This document shows positions 35,098 to 48,715 of a stretch of DNA of 64,000 nucleotides, piece after piece. Both the position numbers and the translations under genes were made by a program. How positions within the stretch are numbered: position 1 is the stretch's first letter; each line of letters begins with the position of its first letter. The notes below the pieces were generated by a model. The model was not told where the DNA came from. It made no database searches and worked only from the letters and a program-made list of their open reading frames with translations. The stretch is from Polymyxa betae A26-41 (taxonomy: Eukaryota > Protista > Endomyxa: Phytomyxea), in the NCBI GenBank assembly GCA_003693705.1, contig RBZT01000562.1:2985-66984 (forward strand), in the 5' to 3' direction.

Positions 35098-37557
35098 ATG
35101 TCCATTCATGATTGGCATCAATGCTGGGTGGTGATAGGTTCAGATTTACCATTAGAACCCGTCGTGTCGGCGGCCGCCATCCTTGCCCCCGAGAACCTGC
35201 TGAAGACGCTGTCGATCGCGCTAAACGACCCGGTGGAAGTCGAGACCGACTCGTTCGTGTGCATCGGACCATGCATCTTGCAGGCGTATTCGTCAGCTTC
35301 AGCTGGATCGGATGAGCTCATTCTCCTAGGCAGCGTTCCTTATAGGGGACATTATGAATTGCCTTTGGCGCCGCTTTCTCGGCGCTCTGCCAGAATCCGA
35401 GCTTTACGTCCTATCCCGGATTCGTTCGAGGTCGCTCTTCAGACCGACTCCCATATTCCAATGCCAAATTACGTACAAAAGCTTCTGTGCTGTCAGCGAA
35501 TGGTTCTTCGTCCTGGATCTGCCTTTGATCTACGTTATCCTGGTCGCGAGCCGGTTCGATGTTCGGTCACACATTGTCGTCCTTCAACCTGCAATATCAC
35601 ACCGAAGACGTGCATTTCCCTCTCTACGTGTTCAAAATCGAACAGTATGGCAGAGAAGATTCGTGCTTATGCGGAACACGAAACAATCCTCGGTTCAGCT
35701 TTCGCCCGGCTTTGCTCATTCTTACGCCTCTCTTCCTGGCGGCCGAAAGGAATTCTTGTTCATGGGGCTCCAGGGAACGGAAAGTCATTGATTGCTGAAG
35801 TTGCCGCTTTGGTGACGAATTTGTCGATTCATCATCTCTCGGGGGACGACCTGGCTGCGATGCCTTCTCCAGGCGATGCTGAACGACTGCTTTCGGAAAC
35901 GTTCTCAAACGCCTCCGATATCGTCTGCATCGATATGATTGAGAAGATCGCCGGGAAACGAGGCGCTCGTCATGCTGACAGCTCCCGCATTCTTGGACAA
36001 TTATTAACATTGATGGCTGGTGCTAATTCCAAGGATGTCGTGGTGATTGGGATCACAACAAAGCCCGATGAGTTGGATCCTGCCTTGCGGAGGCCAGGCC
36101 GGTTCGGTCAGGAGGTACTCAAAGTTTCATTTCAAATTCATGCGGTTAATCTGATTGCATAAGATTGAGGTTGTTGTTCCTGATGTTGAACAGCGTGCTG
36201 CCATTTTACAGTTCTATTTGCAGAACGTGAGCACAGATCAAATCCAAAACATTGCTGAGCGCTCTGTTGGATACAATGGTGCCGATCTGTTCTCATTGGC
36301 CAATGAGTGTGCTTTATCAGCCGCGTTTTGTGGTCGCGACCATATCATCGAGGAAGACATTGCAGCGGGTCTCTCTCACGTCTGCGTTTCGTCATCGCGT
36401 CGTGATACGATAGTTAAAGTTCGATCAACTCAGGTAAGCTCCATTTATGCCTGTTTATCTTCGGTTTATTCAGCCAGCGCTTGCTTTATCATGCGGCGGA
36501 AATCTGACTTCAATAACATTAGTGGAGCGATATTGGTGGATATGACGAAATCAAGTCGAAGCTGCGAAGGCTGATTCACGCCCCGATTACGCATCCAGAG
36601 GAGTATCGTTTTATAGGGCTTCAGCTCCCTCGTGGACTACTGCTTTATGGACCTCCGGGATGTTGCAAGACAACGTTGGCGCGAGCACTCGTTTCTAGTT
36701 CATCCGAGCGTTGGTCCATTCTGAAACTTGACGCTGCCAGCGTCTATTCCTCTTTCGTCGGCGATGCCGAAGCAGCAATTCGACGGGTTTTCACCCAAGC
36801 GCGCTCCAACCTACCTTGCATGCTGCTTCTCGATGAAATTGACGCCATCGTCACCAGTCGCGGTCTACAATCATCTGGATCTGAGCGTGTTCAAGAACGA
36901 GTATGCTCTCCGAACTCGCTCAAATTTGTCTCAATTGAATTGTTACACAGATCCTATCGTCTTTGCTGAACGAAATGGACGGGATAGCTGGGGCCGATCA
37001 GATTCTGGTGGTTGCTTCAACGAACCGTCCTCACATGCTTGATGACGCTCTCCTTCGTCCTGGAAGATTCGACCATCTATTCTATGTAAGTTTGCTCTCT
37101 TTCTTAATGTTTTTTTCACTTGACTGTAGTCGCTCTGCTCTTTCTCTATCCATTATCGTTGATTTCCGTGAGCATTACTGATATTGAATATAATGGTTTA
37201 GGTTGGCCTTCCTGATGCCTTGAGCAGACTAGAGATTCTGAAGGTGCACACAAGGTCTATGCCATTAGAATCTGATGTCGATCTCGAGCGTTTGGCTCAT
37301 GAGGAGCTTGATGGCTATACAGGAGCCGAGATTGAAAACGTTTGCCGCGAGGCTGCTCTGCACGCTTTACGCTCCAATATCGGCTGTTCTGCTGTTGTAT
37401 GCTCAGTCTAGTGACGTGTTTCATTTTTGTTAACTGATTTCATTTCTAGTCAAGGTCGGACTTTAACGTCGCTATCGCTGGCATCAGGCCTACCGTAACA
37501 GCTGAATTGTGCCGAATGTATTTAAATTTTGCAAGTGCAATGGGACCCAAAAAGTAG
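35098..37557 (+). CDS. Double-ring AAA+ ATPase, SPATA5L1/AFG2-like (CDC48 family)
   Basis: D1 GAPGNGKS...[11 protein letters not shown]; D2 [13 protein letters not shown]...LDEIDA...LNEMDG...TNRP...LLRPGRFD. Confidence 0.88.
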
Positions 37558-38902
37558 CCACGACCTTTCATTGTAAATGAACATTATTTATTATTATACC
37601 ATTCAACATGGCTTAAAGGAAACGTTTTTGCTTGTACAGAATGTTCTGTGCTGGCCCTTTCTTGCCGGTCCAATATTCATCTGTTGACAGACAGATTATG
37701 TGCATTTCAGAATTTGCCGCTGTGACCATAATTGCATTCATATTATGGGATTTTGTATCTTTGAGCGCTACACAGATAGTATGTTCTGTTCCAAAAATTT
37801 CCGGTTTAATACGAGCGTGAGTGAGCTGTGGAATCATTGGAATTCATAATTCCTCTCTCATTATTGTACTGACAACGAAATGCATCAATAAATTCGCTTG
37901 CTGATGCTGGCCAGTAATACCATTCGGAACCGTTTTTTTGTGATTGATCTTTGTTTTAGTGGAATGGTGAACATGTTCCCGAAATTATACCAACTGCTCA
38001 CTTTAGATAAGTGCTATGAAGGTAGAAACCAGATAAAGCTAATTCACCCTGAACGAACAGTAGTTCACAGTTACGTATTTTTTTCGGTGGATTCGGATTG
38101 GTGTTTTCATTTCTCGGACCATCTTATTGGTAAGTGCTCACTCGAATTTGAGCGCAAACAGTCAGTTATAAACTTTCATGAACTTAGCGATGAATGATCC
38201 GGGAGATGCTTGAGAAACCTTCACAAGAACGTCAAGAAAGAGATCGACATGGTCGTTGCGGTTTCTTTGAATCTGAACTTATTCATTGTTTCTAATTGAG
38301 TGCTGCTTTCCTTGATTCTCAACCTTCTATTACTTCGTTGCTTTCCAGTTCTTTTTATAATCAGGTTTACATCGAGTAAAACATTTAGTTCCATTCTGTC
38401 CCAACTTTCTGCAAACTCGGACCAAGCTGGTCGATGACTGAATCCGTTTAGGTCCAAAATTAGATTAACAGCGCTCTCAAATCGATGATCTGATGCAGTC
38501 CCAGCAATGAAGTCGGTATTCGTATCATGACCATACTGGCCTCTATTTGAGACCAATTAGGTCGAAACGTGTCAGGTGAAGTCTTTAATTGATGTTACTG
38601 TAACGTGCTTGATGACCGATGGAATCCACTCTGACGCACCCCACGAACGCGTTCATGACTCCGAGCCACGTTACAAGATCCAGGTTCATTCTGTTCTTAA
38701 AACATCATCAAATCGCTACTGGACATTTCCTCCATCTGTCCTCATACAACTAGCAAATTGAATTGACCGCCAACTAGGGCATGTCCGTCTCCAGCCAACA
38801 GCACATCAGAGATGATATTGATTGCATATCGTTGTCTGACAACTTGTCACTCCGCTTGCTTATTCCATACAGATGAAATCGAGACAAATTTCGATGAGAC
38901 CA

Positions 38903-39894
38903 TCACACGAAGATGTCTCTGTAATCCGGTGGAGGTTTCTGATGAGGTTGTTGCTCAATGATATCCAACGATTCATTCTTGCTCACAGAACAAAGCGCAT
39001 CCCGCTTCTCCAAATACAGATACGCGATGTAGCGCATCAAAGGCAGGACCAAATAAACCATAGAATGGGCCAGCAGCCAGAACCGAATAATAAGATTGTT
39101 GCTTACATGGTAGATCCTGGCGGATATCAATAACAGCCAAAGAGCGATCCAGAGGCAGGGCGCCACTGTCACGGAATCGTGAACCCAATGGCACGAATCA
39201 GGTTCAGGAATGCGCTGGAATTCATAAGCGAGGGCGGTCCCCAGAACACGAACAGATCCGTCCAGTTCGCAGATCAGCTCAATCATGATCGGGAGCTCGT
39301 CACGCCCGCCCAGGATCGGGGCGATCATCGCCGACGTGATTTTTCCATGATGCGCGCGGATCAGGGCGCCGATCCGACGATGAATGCGACGCTTGCCGCA
39401 GCCGAACACGAACATTCGCATGTTGCTCAGAAATCCGGCCTTCGTCGACAATTCGCAATCGGGCATCGAATCAATTTCATGGTGGCCCATAAACTCGTCG
39501 ATCCAACAAAATGCGATAAACCGCAGGTACATCTGAAGCCCGGAGCATCCGAGACCAGATCCGAAGTAGGATCTCGCGTTCAACAAGGCCAGGGTGGCGC
39601 AGATGCCCAGATGGACCAGCACGCCGGGCAACACGTTCACCATAATCCAATACTGCGACAAGGTTAGCAGGGTATTGGCCAGGGCGCGTAGCTGGACGAG
39701 GCGATTATAGCGACGGAGCTGGGTCTGAAATCTCTGGGTGAGATCAGATAGAAAGGAACGGGACCCGAATCGGAGTAATCCACAGAGGCCGATCCACTGC
39801 GAATCAGAGCGCAGAGTTCGTGTGGAAGGAGCGCCGACCCGGGAACACGTCGCTCATACTCGTCGATGATCGAGGCCAGCCTCGGAGTCGCCAT
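38903..39894 (-). CDS. Membrane protein resembling the At5g03900/cyanobacterial uncharacterised family
   Basis: ORFs are joined by predicted intron 39734-39783. Motifs FVFGxG, IGxxIxxxxGxxxxxxIAPxL, LDGxxxxxxxxLxYxF and PLxR(Y/W) were recognised from memory. Confidence 0.55.
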
Positions 39895-39980
39895 CCGGTT
39901 CGATTACTGGGAGAAACAACCCCGAACAAGTTCCGCAGCTTTCTAGAGCTACATGGTCCGAAGTCCGAGACCCCAGTTTC

Positions 39981-39997
39981 TAGGGTTTTAGGGTTTT
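39981..39997 (-). promoter_or_regulatory. Telo-box-like element about 90 bp upstream of the 39894 start
   Basis: TAGGGTTTTAGGGTTTT on +, i.e. AAAACCCTAAAACCCTA on the gene strand. Confidence 0.45.
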
Positions 39998-40504
39998 CGG
40001 CGAATATTTCCTCGCTCGTTCTACTGTAGGGTTGGTAATCGATATTGTCAGAATTCTTTGATTGATAGTAATGCTGTGGTCGTTCTTGGCGACGAGCAGG
40101 AATCCGTCTGCACGAACAAAAAACCTGCTTCAGCTTCTGATTTTTTGATGCAGTCATATTGAAGAGATTGAAAAAGAAGCAAGAAGAAATGGCGACCTCA
40201 TCATTGCAATGTTAAAGGCGTTTCACAGGTAATCAATCAACTTTGCGGCTTTTATACTGCATTTGCCTTAAAACATGTTTTCAAAAACTCGAATAGTAAA
40301 ACACTTTCACTCTTCCGCATCATACCATCCTGGGCAGTATCATCCAGCTGACCAGCCACCTATCAAACGAAGTTAACTGATGGGAGACAGCAAAATCAAA
40401 GAAACGATGATCACAGTAAAAAAAACTGCGAAGCTGATCTACAGTCGCGCAGTTTCCTGCGCCAAATTTGGCAATATTTTGATCTGCCAAATTGAGCTGG
40501 GTAG

Positions 40505-40684
40505 TTTCGGATCCCGGTCGTCGTACAGTCCCTGGATTTGAATGGATCGATGAGTGATAATGGCGGCTTTTTGACCAAGTACCGAATCGACAGGCTGACG
40601 CAGGGCGCTCGGGATAAGTTCAATCAAGGCGCTCATACAGTTCAGAGCGAAGCCAGTATGTCCACAATGATGTTCGAGAACTGA
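40505..40684 (+). pseudogene. Possible vWA-domain gene remnant
   Basis: Stop-flanked frame VVVQSLDLNGSMSD...RIDRLTQGA resembles the vWA MIDAS start (LDxSGSM...R). Confidence 0.3.
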
Positions 40685-41496
40685 TTGGCTGGTGCTGGCC
40701 TTGTTTCTCTGTATCATGGTATTGTATAGTCTGCGTATGAACGCGAAGCAGTGAAAGCCACATCCATTAATAAACTTATTGCTTTCTCTGTAGCATGGCC
40801 TCGGCTTAACCTTTTCAGTTCTTCTTTAGCGATTTCGTATCAAAGCTACGTCCAGGTCTCTTCGGTGACGTCGCGCGTGTCGTTTGCAGTATGCCCATCG
40901 ATGACCATTAAATTTGAGCCCGTCCGGCCGACTAACAATAGAGAAATTCCTGAGCAAATTCGTCCTTATCTACAGTTCCATAGATACACGTCACGGTTCG
41001 CAGAAGCCGATCTACAGATGAACCCGCTCAAATTCAAAAATGAGAGATTAAAAATACAAGAAAAGATGATTACCATAGTTGGCTTCAGATACCAAGTCAA
41101 TCTATAACCAACCTTGTTCATCTGATTCCGATAAAGGACGTGCATGATATGTTAACCATACGCGTTCTGCGGCTAATGCAAATAATCTAAATAAAGGATA
41201 ACAAACCTATTTAAACCATTTAAGATCAGAGTAACGAAGTATTTTCGGTCACGCTGCCAGAATTTGCCAATCGGGTGACTGATTACAAGCGCGATGCAAA
41301 CTACAGGTGAGACTGTCAAATCTTTTTTAACTCCGACAAACTTAGTATTTTGGAGTGCATCGGCTAACTAGCGCCCCGTCCAAACTGAATCTCAAGATTG
41401 CCTGTCAACGTGCGTCCGAGCAGCCATCTACTCGAAGGCAAAAACAGCACACAAAAGCAGACGACAGAATCACTGCGTTCGCGAACCGCCGCTTTA

Positions 41497-42288
41497 TCAC
41501 TCGAACTGCCGACGCAGCAATTCGGCTCGGAGCCCGGTCTCGAACTTGAATAGCAGCTGCGGGACGTACTTCATGGGGCACGCACGGGCCACCGATGCCC
41601 TCAGCACTCCTCGAAGTTGGTCGAGATCACCGTCAGCGCCTGCCGCTCTGTCGTCGCTGGTCCAGAACACGTGCGCCCGGCGCAAATCCGTCGACATATC
41701 GACGCCGATCACGTCGATCTCGTACCGGCCCCGTTCCAGGAGAGCGGCGGTGATTGCTTGGCCGATGGAGATGCCGACTCGTTTCCGGCGAAGAGCGCCG
41801 GAACCAGGATGATGGCGCGAGCGCGTCCGGCCGACGAGGGCGTCGTGCGGGACCACGATGTTCCCGTTCGGCGCTTCGATGGCGTTACGCTCCATGTAGC
41901 GATGATCGCGAGATTGGTAGCGCGATCGATGCCGAAGGCCTTCGAAGGCGTCATCGACGATGAAAGACGGTCTGGACTGGTCCCGAGGTCGGCGACGCCG
42001 ACCGGTGCTTTCGGCCGACGCGTCCTCGTCTTGATTGATTTCGTTCTCGTCCAGCCTGAAATCATCGTCGTCGAGCTCCAGATTGGCGAAATCCGGATCG
42101 ACGCGTTTCAGCTGCTGAAGGCGTCGTTCGGCATCGGTTCGGGCAGCAACTTCGGGTGGGATGGACTCAGCAGCTGCTTGTCGGCGCTGGCTGGCGAGCG
42201 GAGTGACGCGCGCCGACGCCCATGTACCCGAAGTTCGTCGTAGGACGTCGCGGCCGGACACCAATCTGGCCAGTCTGGCGAACACCAT
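41497..42288 (-). CDS. RBFA: Mitochondrial ribosome-binding factor A-like protein
   Basis: Arg-rich transit-like N-terminus; RRKRVG...VDMSTDLRRAHVFW...LRASVARACPMKYVPQLLF. Confidence 0.8.
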   Translation of the reverse strand: MVFARLARLVSGRDVLRRTSGTWASARVTPLASQRRQAAAESIPPEVAARTDAERRLQQLKRVDPDFANLELDDDDFRLDENEINQDEDASAESTGRRRRPRDQSRPSFIVDDAFEGLRHRSRYQSRDHRYMERNAIEAPNGNIVVPHDALVGRTRSRHHPGSGALRRKRVGISIGQAITAALLERGRYEIDVIGVDMSTDLRRAHVFWTSDDRAAGADGDLDQLRGVLRASVARACPMKYVPQLLFKFETGLRAELLRRQFE

Positions 42289-42773
42289 CAACAAGATCAC
42301 TCTTTCACAAAGCGACGACGATAGCAAATGCGAGTAACGCAACAACTATCAACACTATAAAAAAATTTCTTTTGAAAGAGAGTTTATTTGTTCGGATTTG
42401 TTGTCAAAATCTGACACCAGGTGAAGTTTTGTGCATGATGTGTTTGGTAGGAGAAGGATGGAAACATTCGCTATGTAAAGAACGGCTCCTGCTGTTGAGT
42501 CACTTCTTCCGCCGGGACCTATCTCTTCCCCAATCGAGCTGCATTCGGCTTCCAACATTCGCCATCCAGTTAGTATTCGTTGGAAAGCGGGCCCTATTGA
42601 CGACAGCTTCGCTGCGCATTCGGGGTCGGATATCTCTCTCTCATTCCGTAGAGTCTGCTCTATCTGACCTGACTCTAACAGTTGATCAAACGTCTTCCTA
42701 CACAAGTTACGTTACTCGCGACTCTCCCTTTACACAGACTGCAGGTGGTCATTGAGAGAAAGACATTTCGCTA

Positions 42774-44620
42774 ATGGTCCGCTGGCTGTCACAAGGCGTC
42801 GACCCGTCAGCCCAGGCGGCCGCCGTCCGGGCCCAGTTCCCCGTTAGCGAGGTGAAGCTAGCGGCCCCTGAATCGCCCGACGGCTGGGATGACCTAGCCG
42901 AACCGCTAGCGGATGTCATCGGCCGTGGTGATATCCCGACCGAGCTGGATTCAGCAAAGGTTCGTCGGGATGATAATCTAGCATATATCGTAGCTGAACA
43001 GGTGACAGTTGGCCATCATGAATCTGAAGAATCGTGCCGCTAATAAGTTCGGTCCGCTAATGACTAAAGTCGCTAAAATGGGCGCTTTAGAGGCCTTGAT
43101 TAAGCGAATTGAAACTCCTGTGTCTTGTTCTGTGCCTCCTCAATCGATCTGGTGGCGAGAAGTAAACTACTATGGCAATTTCATCAGTTTCTTTTAAGTT
43201 TTGATGGCTTAGTTTTCTTTTTTAATTTCGTTTAGGTAACATCTGTGTAGGTATGCCAATCAAGACTTTCGGATTGTCAAATTTTATCAATATTCTGTCA
43301 TAGTCTTGATCTGGTGGCCGCTGTGAGGCCTTTCAGGGCGTCGATCTGTACGTCGATCTTCTCCAGAATGCGAGTATGCAGCTCTGAGTGAATTGTTTTT
43401 AGTGAAAGCAATGAAGTTTCTACTGACGTCATCGCATTTCCAACACATCTACAGCATTCGTTGCATAGCTGTCGAAATCATCATATCACTGGTCATACTG
43501 GCTCCTGATTTCGATACATTTGTCGCTCTTCGACAAGAAGGCTTATTTCAGGTTCTGTGCGGTAGGCATCTTCTTTCTTGAACGGTTTCGGTTTGCTTAT
43601 CTTGTCTAGACCTTTTGAGTTCACTTTCCGCTGATCATGCCGAGAAGAGCGAATGGGTCGTCTACGACCTAGGTAGCCAAGAGAATCCTCTTTGCGTGCA
43701 ATCGATTTGCATCAACATCTTTGCTTATGCCATGTCTGAATGCAATGTCGCGTCTCGAAGTTGGAAAGCGTTTGTCTGAACTTTCCCATTACTGAAATAC
43801 TTCAGGCAAATCTGCCAACCCTGAAGCAAAATCTTTGTTGGCTGAATTGGAAAATTTTCCTGTTTTTATCAAGGCGATTGATGCGATTCGGGAGCACAAA
43901 GACTCTGCTTCCCCAAAATACATCGTACGGCTTAAAGTTTGATTCTCACGTCTTGAAACTAACCTTCTTGTAGGCGGATTCGATTCGTCATTTGACAATG
44001 CTGTTTGTTTTCGGCGGGCGCTCACAGTGCGTGCAAAGAGAGAACTTGAATTGGGTTGACGACGCTGCTCTGTTTCTTTCCGAAGTTCCCAAGATTGTAG
44101 CTGCGAGTTTCGAGCTGCCTGAGTAGGTTGCAATTCCACATCGTTGCTCTGCTCTCATGCGAATTTCTCTCAGTGATGGTACGAAAGCGTTTACTGAAAA
44201 AGTTCAGTTGGAATGTGACTTCCTAATTGCACTAATCCGAGAAAGGCACGAGCCCAGTAGGACCATGAACCGATCCCGCCTTCCTGATTTACGTCAGGTT
44301 TAATTCTGTTTGCTTTTCGCCGTAATGGCTCCTAAATTTATTGATAGAAATTTCGCAATGTCGCTGATAACACCAATCGCAGCATTGCTTCGCCCGAGAT
44401 GTCACCAGGCTCCATTGCGGAGACTGCTTCCCAAAAGCCTTCGTGCCGAACTTGCGGTGCGGATTCGGGTCTCAAAAAATGCCAGAGATGCCTCTCTGTT
44501 CTATGTCAGTCGCGCTGACACAATTGGTATTGTCATTAAGTTAATTGTCCTGTAGATTGCAGTAGACAATGCCAAGTTTCAGATTGGAAGCAGCACAAGG
44601 TTTCATGTAATAAGAGGTAA
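42774..44620 (+). CDS. Multi-exon protein with a C-terminal MYND zinc finger
   Basis: Spliced C-terminus CRTCG...KKCQRC...YCSRQCQVSDWKQHKVSC; internal exon structure only partly resolved. Confidence 0.7.
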
Positions 44621-44814
44621 CAGCTGTGTATTGCTTGCTAAATACATCTATAAACGACGTCATTATCATTCTACAATGCCTTTCAGTTGCTGGTTATCAC
44701 ACTGCTATTATCAGACTTCCTGGTTGTCTTCAGACTTCCTAATTTTATAGCAAAACGGCGATTACCTCTTCAATTTGGTTTGAGAATTAATAAGAATAAT
44801 AAGAATGTGAATAT

Positions 44815-47497
44815 TTACATTTTATTTTTCTTGTTAGGGCGCTTGTTTGACGCCATTCTCTTTTGGCGAAATTGCTGCGTCAGCGCCTTCTGCTTAGCAG
44901 CATGCTTCTGCTTAGCAAACTGAGCCCGCTTGCTCAACTTCTCGGGCTTCTCCGGTTCAGATTCTGGCTCCGATTCTTCGCTCGATTCCGACTCCTCCGA
45001 CGATTCTGATTCAGAGTCCTGATCCTCTTCATTCAGGTCCTGGTCGTCCTCATCCTGGTTCTCAGCGTCTTCGCCCGCAACTTCTTCATCCTCATTGTCA
45101 GATTTGCCCTGAACCTTCACGTCGCCATTCTTTCCCTTAGTTTCCTAATCAATCTCTCAACAAAAAGCACAAGACGTGTTTTAGGGGATTCTACCGGCGT
45201 CTTGGATTTTACAGGTTTGCGAGGACCATCTTGGAACTTCTCGAGCTTGACGACGAAGAACCCGTCCATATTATGAACATGGGGATAGACACGTCTTGCC
45301 AGCGTCATACTCGGATGGAATTGCTTGTCAGACATGCTCTTGAATCCATCTCTACCGAACTCGATTCCCTGAAATCAGATGTCAAAATCATCGCCAATCT
45401 GTTCTGCATCAAATCTTACAGTTGGAACAATCTTGACGAATCGCTTTCGTAAAGCGAATTGAACGACGGATTCGTTCTCTTCAACAGAAATCGAACATGT
45501 CGAATACACCATCGTTCCATTTGGCTTTAGCATATCGATCGCTGCTAAGATGAGGTCCTTCTGTAATTGAGCGCATTTCAGAATATCTACAAATACTATC
45601 AGCAAAGCCGAGCCGAAATCGATCAACTTTACCATCATTTGTTTTTTGAAGTTTGATGGATTCGTCTTTAGAGATGACGCCGAGACCAGAACAAGGCGCA
45701 TCGAGGAGGACGCGATCAACCGATCGGAAATGGTCGGAAAGTTTACGTCCGTCGAAATTGACGACGAGAACGTTTTGAGCGCCCAGACGATGAGCGTTGG
45801 CAACGGTCGCTTTCAGACGATCCTTGTTGACATCGTTGGCGATCACACAACCGGTGTTCTAAGCGAGACCAATCAGCTTCGGATTCGGCTGCTAGGGGAA
45901 TACTGACCTTCATCAAAGCGGATAGATAGGTGGTCTTACCACCTGGAGCAGAACACATATCGACGACGGTCTCGTGCTCTTTCGGAGCTAATGCCATTAC
46001 TGGCAAGAATGACGATGGGCTCTGCAGCATGTAATGCCCAGCAAGATACTACAAACAAAATAAGAAAAGTAAGACACAATACGACAGCAGTTTAAAAAAG
46101 TTTTCAAACGATGTTAAAAGAAAACAAGACAAACTTACAAGTTTCGAAAGAAAAAACTTGGAAATGTATTGAAAGCAGCATAATAGAAAGCCGAGTAAAA
46201 GCAACAACCAACATGATGTCATTAAAAAACTTGTAAAAAAAAGTTTTAAAATTGTCATGATTTTCTGGAAATGAAAAATTTGTAAAAAATTCAAGTGGAG
46301 CAGCCTACTTCGGGGGTTGCAGCAACAGGGACTTGACTGGATGAGATGGTCAGCCCGACTTTGCTCCATTCTGCCAGCGGGTCCAGATTCACACCGCGGT
46401 TAATCAGCGCCTGAGCCAGATCTGCAGAGACGTTAGATGCCCGATCGACGACCTGGGCCTCGACAACCGACCTCGCCGACGAACTTTCAACGTATTGGCA
46501 CGAATGCACATGGGGCGCTGGGTGTCGTTCGCCTCCAGGAACTCGACGCATTCCGCCGGTGAGAACATCGTCAGGAACCTGCCATCATTGTTCAGAAAAA
46601 AATCGTTTTTTGTTGCTAACAATCCCACTTTGAAATCAGATCGGGATTGTAGCCGTAATACAGCGCCAGATCGTTCTTCAACGTATCGATATAATCGGAT
46701 CGCGCGACGCCCTTCTGGCGTTGATTCTTCAAATCCGCCAAGACGAACAGCACCTAACAACCGATGAGAAAAGGAATTGGTGCCATGGGCCAGTACGGAA
46801 CCTGGTTGATGCGCTGTTTGAGGATGGCGAGATCCGGGGACGGGAGCAGACCCTCGGCGTCGCGTTCGTCGCCGGTGGGCAGCGTGAACGCCTCTTGGGC
46901 GCCGGCGCTGATGTTGACGCGCAGCTCGGCGTCGGCGTCGGCCTCGTCTTCCATCTACAGACGATGATCAGCGCGAGACGAAAACGAAGAGAGCGAGGCG
47001 ACGACCTTCTGCTTGTCGAGGGCGGAAGCTTGCGCAACGATCTCGTCGTCTTCGGAGTCGTCGTCGTCGCTGGCGATCCAGTTGGCGTCGAGCTTCTTGT
47101 CGCCGTCGTCATCGGAGTCCTGAACGTCGAATTCGTCGTCCATTTCTTCGCCTTCCGGTCCGTCAGAGCCTTCTTCGTCGTCGTCGTTTTCTGCTTCGGA
47201 ATCGTCTTGCTCCGAAGCGGAATCCCCTTCGACATCTTCGGCGTCGCTCTCTGGTTCGAAATCGCTATCGTCGCTTTCGCTGCCATCATCAGCTACAGAT
47301 TGGTGCGGATGAATTTCGGCATCGTTGGACAGCTCTTCCGATTCATGGTCGGAGGGCGGCTGTTTGCGCTTACGATCCGAGATGGAAGCCTTCTGAGCGA
47401 GTTTCGGGGCTTCATCATCGTCATCACTGCTACAAACAGTGAGAGAGACAGCTGCTGCTGGAGCACGACGATAACGATTCGGTATGGGTCGACCCAT
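44815..47497 (-). CDS. NOP2: 25S/28S rRNA m5C methyltransferase NOP2/NSUN1
   Basis: Acidic N-terminus; RANTLK; LINRGVNLDP; ATPEYLAGHYMLQ; DMCSAPGGKT; DRVLLDAPCSG; VYSTCS; PHVHNMDGFFV. Confidence 0.95.
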
Positions 47498-48291
47498 TTC
47501 TGCAAAATTGATTCTGCTTGGTCAAGCCAGCGGCGAGAAATTTTCCTCGCGTGAGCCTCGGCGATCAATCTCGGACTCCGCCGCGCAATCTTTCCAGAAA
47601 TTTGTTCGAAAAATATTCTCGCAAAAAAGACGTCAAAAATTCAGCTTCTGATTTCAAATGTCGAATTCTATCAATGGGAGGTGTTATCACAAAAAAAACA
47701 CAATTAATTCTCTCTATTTTTTAATCCTATCAGAACAAATAAGGAACCTGATGAATCCTGTCTCTAGATCCTTGGAGCGGAATCATATGGAGTTATCAAC
47801 AAGACTAACGCGCTCGCCGACTATCGGCCGTCGATATCCATTCCCGTAAGCAACCAAAACCGCTGCAAACAAATGTTCTTGTTTCGGGTTTCGTCAGCAA
47901 TCTCGAATATAATAATGCAAAACAGTCTTGGAGTGATGAGAATATCTTTCGTGACAAAAACGTTATCAGACTCCTTGAAAATCAATGACCAGATGGTCTG
48001 AGCCCAAAGCGTTCACCAGGGCCATGAAAAAAAAGAAAAACCCAACTTCTATGCAATGCGGCATCAGTTCGAGGTATGATATTCTTTACACCCAGAACGG
48101 GTCAAAACCGGAAAGTAGCTTCAGGGAGATAAGCCATCTCTGATTATGGACAGCGACGTCGGGGGTCGGTTTGGCTGTTGAAATTTCGCAGCATCCGAAG
48201 CTCGACGAAGAAGTTCGGCATCGATTTGGCGAAATGGGGCGGATTCCGATCTTTCAGGACGAGATGAAGTCGAGTGACCTTCACAGTCAAG

Positions 48292-48307
48292 TTAGGGTTT
48301 AGGGTTT
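48292..48307. repeat. Interstitial telomeric repeat TTAGGGTTTAGGGTTT between NOP2 and the BTB gene
   Basis: Read directly from the sequence. Confidence 0.7.
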
Positions 48308-48715
48308 GAAAGGCTGAACCTCGTCCTTCACGATGAGTGCTACAACGCCCATGAGCTTCTGCCACCGGATTTCCAAATAGAACAGCACTAGAGACCCGGT
48401 TAATAGATCAATGCGCCATCGGAATGCCACTTCATCGACCAAAAACCCACTCTAACCAACTTATCTCATAATCTCCTCAGCAGATGAGACACGTTCTTGA
48501 TTAATCTTGAATCTTCCCCTTCAATCCTCACATAATTTCTGCATCGTCGTCCTCTGTTTCTAAAAAAATATATAAAATAAAACATCTTCAAGTCGATTAA
48601 AAGAGATTATTAATATTCGAAGTCGTAACGTTAGCAATGGGCTTCGCTTCAGTGCGAGCCAGTGGCGCACAATTTAAATTTAGGGACCGACCTTTACGAT
48701 TAACTCATTATTAAC

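Noticed and set aside
37600-38870. Short ORFs in an AT-rich intergenic stretch
   Set aside because: No recognisable domain, splice pattern or terminal repeats.
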